Assembly: GCF_025151995.1 (NCBI RefSeq)
Contig: NZ_CP102290.1
Span: 1,419,571-1,483,570, forward strand
Direction of reading: 5' to 3'
DNA: 64,000 nt
Source: Ruminococcus gauvreauii
Lineage (GTDB): Bacteria > Bacillota > Clostridia > Lachnospirales > Lachnospiraceae
Shown here: in pieces, positions 57,496 through 64,000 of the stretch
How the letters are laid out: every line of letters starts with the position of its first letter
How positions within the stretch are numbered: the first letter of the stretch is position 1
The notes under the pieces: model-generated
Seen by the model: the letters and a program-made list of their open reading frames with translations, nothing else
Told to the model about the DNA's origin: nothing
Databases searched by the model: none
Made by a program: the position numbers and the translations under genes

Positions 57496-58527
57496 TTACC
57501 GCCGAATCTTTGCCCACGTTCCGGACGCATTTGACTCCTCGATCGCATCCAGAGTCAGGACCACTTCCAGACCGTCTTCCCCCGTCACAAACGGCTCCGT
57601 ATTTTCTTCGATACAGCGAATAAACAACTCGTCGATGTCTGTCAGCAGGGTGACGCTCTGATCCGGATTCTCCGGAAAATCATAATACGCCGTCGTTCCA
57701 TCCTTATACTCAACCACCACCGGATGGTCTTCGCGGTACAGCGTGATCACACCTTCTGTTCCGAAGAACTGTGTCATGCGGTCATTTCCGCTCATACTGG
57801 TCCAGCTGTTTACAATCAGCCCGACCACACCATTTTCCATCTCAACAATCGACATGGAATTGTCATCCACATCGATCGTCGTCCCGTCAGGCTTCACTTT
57901 TGCAAGTGTCGGTGTATAGGACAGCACCCGTTGATAGCGCGAGCCCACAATATAATGCATAAGATCAATTCTGTGTGAGCCGACGTCGCTCATAACCCCG
58001 CGTCCGCTCATTGCACGGCTGAAATACGCATTGTTGATACCGTCCACAGATGCATACTCCGGTCCCTGTATGCCAAGGAAGGTGCGGTAAGTCAGCAGCC
58101 GTCCGATCTCTCCCCTGTCGAGAAGCTCTTTTGCCTTTATATGCGGATGATACCGGCGCTGGTTGTGGGAAATCATCAGTTTTTTATTTGCTTTTTCAGA
58201 TGCGGCAATCATCTTTCTCGCGTCATCGGCACTGACTGCCATCGGTTTTTCACATAGGACATGTTTGCCCGCCGCAAGTGCCCGGACAGCCAGGTCACAG
58301 TGTGAACGTGTGGGCGTGCAGATAACAGCTGCATCAATCCCAGGATCTGCGAGAGCCTCATCCAAAGTGTCGAAAGCCTTTCCGCCAAACTCGGCTGCTT
58401 TCTGAGCCGCCCTCCCCGGCGTCCCGTCAAAAAATCCAGATAACACCGCGTCGGGATTCTGTCTCAGAGCCGGTATGTGACGGAACCCGGCGATGCCGCC
58501 GCATCCGATAATCAAAACATTTACCAT
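57496..58527 (-). CDS. Gfo/Idh/MocA family oxidoreductase
   Basis: VLIIGCGGIAGFRH and CEKPMA motifs. Directly abuts the previous gene. Confidence 0.8.
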   Translation of the reverse strand: MVNVLIIGCGGIAGFRHIPALRQNPDAVLSGFFDGTPGRAAQKAAEFGGKAFDTLDEALADPGIDAAVICTPTRSHCDLAVRALAAGKHVLCEKPMAVSADDARKMIAASEKANKKLMISHNQRRYHPHIKAKELLDRGEIGRLLTYRTFLGIQGPEYASVDGINNAYFSRAMSGRGVMSDVGSHRIDLMHYIVGSRYQRVLSYTPTLAKVKPDGTTIDVDDNSMSIVEMENGVVGLIVNSWTSMSGNDRMTQFFGTEGVITLYREDHPVVVEYKDGTTAYYDFPENPDQSVTLLTDIDELFIRCIEENTEPFVTGEDGLEVVLTLDAIEESNASGTWAKIRR

Positions 58528-58542
58528 CTTATTTCCTCCTGA

Positions 58543-59250
58543 TCAGATACCGAGGTATGCCTTCTGAACCTCCTCCGAATGGAGAAGTTCCTCCGCCATA
58601 CCACTCAGTACGATTTTTCCTGTCTCCAGCACATAAGCGCGGTCCGAAATCTTCAGCGCCACCCTGGCATTCTGTTCAACCAGCAGAACCGTTGTACCCA
58701 TATCACGGATCCGCCGGATCAGTGAAAAGATTTCTTTCACCACCAGCGGGGCAAGTCCCATAGAGGGCTCATCCAGCATCAAAAGCCGGGGTTTGCCCAT
58801 CAGGGCACGGCCGACGGCCAGCATCTGCTGTTCGCCTCCGGACAAGGTCCCTGCAGCCTGCGCTTCCCGCTCTTTGAGACGCGGGAACAACTCATACACG
58901 GTCTTCAGCGTCTCCTCATTCGTCTCACTGTTCTGAAGATATCCGCCCATCAGCAGGTTATCAAGCACCGTAAAATCCGGAAATACCTGACGTCCCTCCG
59001 GTGAGAGCACGATTCCGTTTTTTACTTTAGTCTGCGCCTCCCATTTGGAAATATCCTTGTCCTCATAATAAATCTTTCCGCCGTTGATATTTTTAAGACC
59101 TGCAATGCTGTGCATCGTCGTGGTCTTTCCTGCGCCGTTCGCGCCTATCAGCGTTACGATCTCGCCTTCATTGACTTCAAAGGAGATATTCCGCAGGGCG
59201 TTGATGCTGCCATAATTTGACCTGACATGTTCCAGTCGCAGCATTGCCAT
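58543..59250 (-). CDS. Branched-chain-amino-acid-type ABC transporter ATP-binding protein (LivF-like)
   Basis: Walker A GANGAGKTT, signature LSGGEQQM, Walker B LLMLDEPS. Confidence 0.85.
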   Translation of the reverse strand: MAMLRLEHVRSNYGSINALRNISFEVNEGEIVTLIGANGAGKTTTMHSIAGLKNINGGKIYYEDKDISKWEAQTKVKNGIVLSPEGRQVFPDFTVLDNLLMGGYLQNSETNEETLKTVYELFPRLKEREAQAAGTLSGGEQQMLAVGRALMGKPRLLMLDEPSMGLAPLVVKEIFSLIRRIRDMGTTVLLVEQNARVALKISDRAYVLETGKIVLSGMAEELLHSEEVQKAYLGI

Positions 59251-59253
59251 ATG

Positions 59254-60033
59254 TCAGTCATCCTCCTTTCCGAGATATGCCTCAATCACCATCGGATTAT
59301 TGCGCACCGCAGTGGGGTCCCCCTCCGCGAGCAGTTCGCCGTAGTTCAGAACATAGATCCGCTCACATACGTTCATGACAAATTTCATGTCATGCTCAAT
59401 CAGAAGGATCGTATAGCCCAGATCACGCAGTTCCCTCACCATATGCAGCAGTTCCTCCGTCTCCTGCTCGTTCATGCCTGCCGCAGGCTCATCCAGCAGC
59501 AGCAGCTTGGGATTCGTGGCAAGGGCGCGGGCGATCTCCAGCCGGCGCTGTTTGCCGTACGGAAGCGAGGACGCGAGTGCGAAACGGTCATCCCACAGAT
59601 TCATCAGTTTCAGGTATTCCTCTGCACGTCTGCTGCACGCTTCTTCTTCCCTGCGCTTCTTCGGCGTATGAAAGATCGCATCGGCGAGATTGACCTTCGT
59701 ATGGCCGTGCATCCCGAGAATCACATTATCCATCGCACTCAGTTTTGCGAACAGCCGGATGTTCTGAAAGGTGCGCGCAAAACCCCGGCGGGCGATCAGA
59801 TACGGCTTTACCCCTGTGATGTCCTCGCCGTCCAGCTCGACTCTTCCCTCCGTCGGCGTATAAATTCCGGTGACAATATTGAAAAGCGTCGTCTTTCCGG
59901 CACCGTTTGGTCCGATGATGCCGACAATCTCTCCGGGTTCGATCTGCATATTGATATTGGAAAGCGCTTTCAGTCCTCCGAACTTCTGAGTGACGCCGGT
60001 TACTTTCAATACACTACTCATCTGCACCTTCAC
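59254..60033 (-). CDS. Branched-chain-amino-acid-type ABC transporter ATP-binding protein (LivG-like)
   Basis: Walker A GPNGAGKTT, signature LPYGKQRRLEIARA, Walker B LLLLDEPA. Confidence 0.85.
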   Translation of the reverse strand: MKVQMSSVLKVTGVTQKFGGLKALSNINMQIEPGEIVGIIGPNGAGKTTLFNIVTGIYTPTEGRVELDGEDITGVKPYLIARRGFARTFQNIRLFAKLSAMDNVILGMHGHTKVNLADAIFHTPKKRREEEACSRRAEEYLKLMNLWDDRFALASSLPYGKQRRLEIARALATNPKLLLLDEPAAGMNEQETEELLHMVRELRDLGYTILLIEHDMKFVMNVCERIYVLNYGELLAEGDPTAVRNNPMVIEAYLGKEDD

Positions 60034-61018
60034 CCGCCTTTTTCTCAGTGTGATTCAGCGTCAAACGCTGTTTGATATATTTAAAGTTTACATTTCCCAG
60101 AATGCCATCCGGCTTTATCATCATCAGCACGACAATGATGATTCCATAGACCAGGTTTCGGTACTGCGCCATCGCACGGATCGTCTCCGGCAGGATCGTC
60201 AGCACGGACGCCCCCAGGATCGTGCCCGGAATCGAGCCCAATCCTCCGAAGATTGCCATGATCAGCATGTCCATGGATGCCGCCGTCGTAAAGCTTGACG
60301 GGTCGATAAAGTTGATATAATGCGCATAAAACGCGCCAGCCACGCCTACGATCATGGACGATATGATAAATACCATGATCTTATAGCGAAACACATTGAC
60401 ACCCATGGCAGACGCCGCCAGATCATCCTCGCGAATCGACATGACCGCAAGTCCGATTCGTGAATGGACGATGCGGTACACGATCACTGCCGCGATCACG
60501 ACCAGAACCAGCATCACATAAAAAATTGAACGGTTGCTGGTAAACTGGATGCCGAACAGGTTGGGCGACGGGATACCCGCAATGCCGAGCGGGCCTCTCG
60601 TCAGGTTCATGGAATTCATCTCCACAAGTCTCACGATCTCACAGAATCCCAGTGTCACGACCGTCAGATAATACCCCTTCAGCCGCAGCGTCGGCAGTCC
60701 AAGCAGAAGACTGAACAGCCCGGCGACAACCGCCGAGACAATCATACAGGTTCCCATGCCGAGTCCGGCACGCGTTGAGAGGATCGCTGCCGCATAAGCA
60801 CCGATTCCCCAGAAAGCCGCATGTCCCATCGTCATCAGTCCCAGAAAGCCGGTTAAAAGATTAAGGCTCAGCGCGATCATGACATACATCATACAGATGG
60901 TCACGATACGCAGCATGTAGGAGGAATCAGTCATCAGCGGGAAGACAGCCAGTACCGCCACCAGCAGCACAGCCAGCTTATTCATATGTTTTGCAAAAAA
61001 GTTAAGTATTTGATTCAT
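60014..61018 (-). CDS. Branched-chain-amino-acid-type ABC permease (LivM-like)
   Basis: Polytopic membrane protein. Start trimmed to MNQILNF with RBS AAGGAGGGGG. The track ORF uses an upstream TTG. Confidence 0.75.
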   Translation of the reverse strand: MNQILNFFAKHMNKLAVLLVAVLAVFPLMTDSSYMLRIVTICMMYVMIALSLNLLTGFLGLMTMGHAAFWGIGAYAAAILSTRAGLGMGTCMIVSAVVAGLFSLLLGLPTLRLKGYYLTVVTLGFCEIVRLVEMNSMNLTRGPLGIAGIPSPNLFGIQFTSNRSIFYVMLVLVVIAAVIVYRIVHSRIGLAVMSIREDDLAASAMGVNVFRYKIMVFIISSMIVGVAGAFYAHYINFIDPSSFTTAASMDMLIMAIFGGLGSIPGTILGASVLTILPETIRAMAQYRNLVYGIIIVVLMMIKPDGILGNVNFKYIKQRLTLNHTEKKAGEGADE

Positions 61019-61034
61019 GTCAGCCGCCCCCTCC

Positions 61035-61913
61035 TTATACTTTATTGATTTTTTTCCGCCCAAATAAACCGGCAGGTTTGATCAGGATCACAAGAATCAA
61101 AATCGCAAACGCAATGGCATCCCGGTAACCCGAGCTGATATAACTTGCACCCAGCGTTTCGAACAGGCCGACCAGAAGGCCGCCCACCATCGCCCCCGGG
61201 AGAATCCCGACACCGCCCAGAACAGCGGATGCCATTGTTTTCATTCCCACGGCAAATCCCGTATTGATATCAATGGACTGGTAATACATGCCTACCAGAG
61301 TACCGGCAATGGACGCCAGCATCGAAGCGATGACAAATGTCAGGGAGATGATAAGATTCACATTAATCCCCATCAGTTTTGCCGCATCCGCATTCTGTGC
61401 CGTGCACCTCATCGCTTTTCCAAACTTTGTTTTATAGGTGACTGCTGAAAGCAGCACCATCAATACCAGCGCAACAGCCAGGATAATCAGCTGACTGGAG
61501 TTGACCGTGGTATTTCCGATTTTGATTTTGCCAAAGTCAATAATGTTGGGATATGGTTTCGTCTGGCTTCCGAAAAATAGTAAGATTACATTGTCTATGA
61601 CCGTCGCTATCCCCATCGTCGTAATCAGACCGGTCAGTTTTGGTGCCTTCTTAATACGAAGGCGCCGAAGGCCAAAGCGGTCCAGGCAAAATCCCACTGC
61701 GCCTGTCGCTATGATACTGATCGTAAACGCCAGCAGGAAATGACCTTCCAGGCCAAGATAGACCATCAGGGTGATATAGCCGCCCAGCATATATACCGAT
61801 CCATTTGCAAAATTCACCAGCTCCAACACGCCAAACACCATCGAGAATCCGATCGCTACCAACGCATAAGTGCTGCCAATGGTCAATCCGTTTAATATCT
61901 GTTCCAACAGCAT
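61035..61913 (-). CDS. Branched-chain-amino-acid-type ABC permease (LivH-like)
   Basis: MLLEQILNGLTIGSTYALVAIGFSMVFGV is a typical LivH N-terminus. Confidence 0.8.
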   Translation of the reverse strand: MLLEQILNGLTIGSTYALVAIGFSMVFGVLELVNFANGSVYMLGGYITLMVYLGLEGHFLLAFTISIIATGAVGFCLDRFGLRRLRIKKAPKLTGLITTMGIATVIDNVILLFFGSQTKPYPNIIDFGKIKIGNTTVNSSQLIILAVALVLMVLLSAVTYKTKFGKAMRCTAQNADAAKLMGINVNLIISLTFVIASMLASIAGTLVGMYYQSIDINTGFAVGMKTMASAVLGGVGILPGAMVGGLLVGLFETLGASYISSGYRDAIAFAILILVILIKPAGLFGRKKINKV

Positions 61914-61949
61914 CTTTGTGCACCATCCTTAGTAGATAAATATGAACAG

Positions 61950-63059
61950 TTACTTTACAAGTCCTTCCTCCTGTACTACCTCCTGCATCAGAGTGAACAC
62001 ATACCGGTCCACATCCAGCGGCAGCGCACAGCCTGGAGCGAAAATAAAACGATAATCCCCGCATTCTTCCAGAGCCGTCAGGAGCCTTCGGCGCAGTACG
62101 TCTTTGATGGCCTCTCTGTCGTTGTCTGCATTCACAAAGTCATTATGCTGATCAATGCCTCCGATCAGCACCTTATCCGGATACATATCACGAACCGTTT
62201 TAATGGATGTCAGCCTGGACATATCTGCAATCTTAGTACAGTTCTCCCAGTTAAATGCCTGAATACCCTCGTAGTCCAGGAATTCTTCAAACTGAAGCTT
62301 CTCACAGTAATGCAGGTGCATCATATTAAACCAGGTACGGTCCTTGATATATCTCAATAACTCTTTATCATACGGCCGGCAGAATTCCGCGATCTGTTCG
62401 TCTGTGACAAGCGCCCTGCTCGCCCACTGTGTTGAGAGGAAAATTCCGTCCACACCTGCCGCGATCATACGGTCCAGCAGCTTTTTATTGGTTTCCAGCA
62501 GCGCTTCCAGCGCCCTGTGCACTTCTTTTGGATGTTCCGCCATCATCTGCATAGCCGGCGCAGGGTTGCATGAGTGCATCATCTCCTGCATCCACGTCAA
62601 TGGTGTAAAGATCGTCGCCAATACGGGGACCTCGCCTCTGTAGTGTTCACAGACACCCTTTGCAATCTCGATTTCTCTTTGGAACACCGGGTTTTCATCC
62701 GGATCAAGGACCGGAAGAGCAGCCAGATCCTCCGGTGTTTTCACCGGATATTCCAGGAATTCCCCGGACCACTCCCCGGGATCGTTTCTCCAGCGGATCT
62801 TCGCACCGTATGCCTCGGCAAAATAATGTCCGTTGCTCATCAGCTTTACAAAGTCCCAGCCATTATTGTCCGTAAAATCGATCGTCGCTTTTACAAAGTC
62901 TTTTACATGACGGTCTACCATCGGCATGTGCAGCCAGCCTGACACGCCAATCCTGTCGGCAGGCCTGTTGTCAATCATTGCCCGAATTCGTTCTTTCTTA
63001 GTCATCAATCTATTTATATTCCTTTCATCAGTAATCATATGGAGCAAATTCTCCGTCAA
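61950..63059 (-). CDS. Uroporphyrinogen-decarboxylase (URO-D) family protein, MtaA/CmuA-like (not a bona fide HemE)
   Basis: 369 aa with URO-D fold-like sequence. Lacks the HemE N-terminal RQAGR motif. Embedded in a transporter locus. Confidence 0.55.
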   Translation of the reverse strand: MTENLLHMITDERNINRLMTKKERIRAMIDNRPADRIGVSGWLHMPMVDRHVKDFVKATIDFTDNNGWDFVKLMSNGHYFAEAYGAKIRWRNDPGEWSGEFLEYPVKTPEDLAALPVLDPDENPVFQREIEIAKGVCEHYRGEVPVLATIFTPLTWMQEMMHSCNPAPAMQMMAEHPKEVHRALEALLETNKKLLDRMIAAGVDGIFLSTQWASRALVTDEQIAEFCRPYDKELLRYIKDRTWFNMMHLHYCEKLQFEEFLDYEGIQAFNWENCTKIADMSRLTSIKTVRDMYPDKVLIGGIDQHNDFVNADNDREAIKDVLRRRLLTALEECGDYRFIFAPGCALPLDVDRYVFTLMQEVVQEEGLVK

Positions 63060-64000
63060 TCACGGTATATACAAATACGTCTTTCACCACGTTGTTTCCG
63101 TTTTCAAACGACATATTTTTTCCCGATGTAATCTCGATCGGAACAGTGAGCATCTCTTCAACCAGCGCCTTCGGATCATCAGTTCCGACATTCTTTGCTG
63201 CCGTCATGGCAAGCATTGCCGAATCGTATGCAGAGGCGGCAAACCCGTCGCAGGGGGTGTCCGGATATTTCTCGTTGTAGCGTGTTGTGAAATCCTTCAG
63301 ATAATCGGTGTAATCCGCAACCTGCATGATAGAGTCCAGGTATACCGGTGTCGTGCCCGCCAGCACGATGCCGTTTGCCTTTTCACCCGCAATATCCAGA
63401 AATTCCTGCTTGAATACGTTGCCCGGACCCGCGATCTGTACGCCGTCGAGACCGATATTGTCAATCTGGATCAGGATGTTAGCCACATCATTATACTCAC
63501 CGTCTATATAAAGGATCCCCGGTTTTGCTTCCTTGATCTTGGAGATCAGCGGCGTAAAGTCCTTAGTCTGCTGGGGTACAAAGTTATCCGTCATAACAAC
63601 CTTGCCGCCAAGCTCCTCGTATACCTCTGTCAGAATCTGGGCGCCTGTCACACCAAGGTCTGTATTCTGGTGCAGGATCGCAAGATCTTTTCCGTCAAAC
63701 TGATCGTAAAGCATTTTAGCGGTAGCTGTTCTCTCGATATCCGCAATCGGCGAGACGGGAATCAGCATATCCCCCATCCCCGGGAAGTCCGGATGAGAAG
63801 TATTCGGGGAGATCATCGGCATGGAAGCCTTCTGGTATACCGGAGCTGCCGCCATGGAAACGGATGATCCAAATGAACCGACGACTGCAAATACATCATC
63901 TTCTTCAATAATCTTGTTTGCCAGGTTAATCGCTTCTTTTTGATCGCCCTTATCATCATTGATCTCAAGAATCACATCTTCTCCGTTCAGTCCTCCTGCC
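63028..64000 (-). CDS. Liv-type ABC substrate-binding protein (periplasmic-binding fold type 1), partial; N-terminus beyond the right window edge
   Basis: Sequence from the track Met onward is the mid and C-terminal body of a Leu/Ile/Val-binding-like protein (VVGSFGSSVSMAAAPVYQKA...). No signal peptide in the window, so the gene continues past 64000. Confidence 0.65.
   Translation of the reverse strand, partial: AGGLNGEDVILEINDDKGDQKEAINLANKIIEEDDVFAVVGSFGSSVSMAAAPVYQKASMPMISPNTSHPDFPGMGDMLIPVSPIADIERTATAKMLYDQFDGKDLAILHQNTDLGVTGAQILTEVYEELGGKVVMTDNFVPQQTKDFTPLISKIKEAKPGILYIDGEYNDVANILIQIDNIGLDGVQIAGPGNVFKQEFLDIAGEKANGIVLAGTTPVYLDSIMQVADYTDYLKDFTTRYNEKYPDTPCDGFAASAYDSAMLAMTAAKNVGTDDPKALVEEMLTVPIEITSGKNMSFENGNNVVKDVFVYTVIDGEFAPYDY

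Noticed and set aside
59227-60075. 282-aa plus-strand ORF
   Set aside because: Antisense to the LivG-like ATPase, which has a clear Walker A/B and signature on the minus strand.
62926-63867. 313-aa plus-strand ORF
   Set aside because: Antisense to the Liv-type binding-protein gene and the URO-D gene end. Arg/Cys-rich low-complexity translation.
1-64000. tRNA, rRNA or tmRNA genes in intergenic regions
   Set aside because: Scanned the non-coding stretches (2081-2510, 3267-3505, 15635-16112, 20201-20469, 24691-24927, 37138-37510 and others) by eye for cloverleaf-like GC stems and the GTTC loop motif. Nothing was convincing. tRNAscan-SE or Infernal would be needed to exclude them.

Overview
This 64-kb window looks like a chromosomal segment from a Firmicute, probably Clostridia/Lachnospiraceae-like, judged from gene content, AGGAGG-type ribosome-binding sites and several 4-nt ATGA gene overlaps. 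Most genes are on the minus strand. Layout from left to right:

- 1-2080: the 5' roughly 690 codons of a type I-C cas3 on the minus strand. Its 3' end runs off the left edge, so the ORF track shows nothing there.
- 2081-2510: an AT-rich region that is probably the CRISPR leader.
- 2511-3266: a 12-repeat type I-C CRISPR array reading on the plus strand. Two adjacent spacers are identical and the last repeat is degenerate.
- 3506-4790: a DUF2992 (YjdF-like) gene translationally coupled to a catalytically degenerate IS3-type integrase-core protein, preceded by a 200-nt structured leader that I think is a yjdF riboswitch.
- 4818-7351: GNAT acetyltransferase, TetR regulator, MFS exporter.
- 7537-15634: a polyol/sugar-alcohol locus with three paralogous Zn-dependent alcohol dehydrogenases, an AraC regulator and a sugar ABC transporter.
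- 16113-18959: a divergent operon of epimerase/dehydratase, Gfo/Idh/MocA oxidoreductase and TIM-barrel sugar-phosphate isomerase.
- 19031-20200: a decayed BlaR1/class-D beta-lactamase sensor-domain pseudogene with upstream fragments.
- 20273-21673: a tyrosine recombinase gene bracketed by near-perfect 29-bp inverted repeats.
- 21784-24690: a lipoprotein, then an agr-like GHKL histidine kinase and LytTR response regulator.
- 24928-28969: a run of small HTH regulators, a 257-aa protein of unknown function, a truncated peptide deformylase, and a MarR/FUSC pair.
- 28973-32650: an AT-rich island with an SPFH (YdjI-like) protein carrying five zinc ribbons, a small membrane protein, two duplicated zinc-ribbon membrane proteins and a hypothetical protein.
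- 32857-35066: thrS with its T-box leader.
- 35202-39857: uracil-DNA glycosylase, an Ntn-hydrolase-like protein, a Vat-type streptogramin A acetyltransferase, and a MerR-regulated ABC-2 exporter.
- 39986-52010: a glycan locus with a lyxose-isomerase-like cupin, a DUF4432-like protein, a GH38 alpha-mannosidase, a sulfatase and an Opp-type ABC transporter.
- 52162-55107: a YesM/YesN-type two-component system and a stand-alone AraC HTH protein.
- 55174-64000: a YhaM-like protein, two Gfo/Idh/MocA oxidoreductases, a Liv-type ABC transporter and a uroporphyrinogen-decarboxylase-family protein.

I did not recognise any rRNA or tRNA gene by eye. The most unusual items are the inverted-repeat-bracketed recombinase, the riboswitch-controlled DUF2992/dead-transposase pair, the SPFH island and the HTH-plus-unknown pair. 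All functional calls rest on motif recognition and manual translation. No database search was possible.
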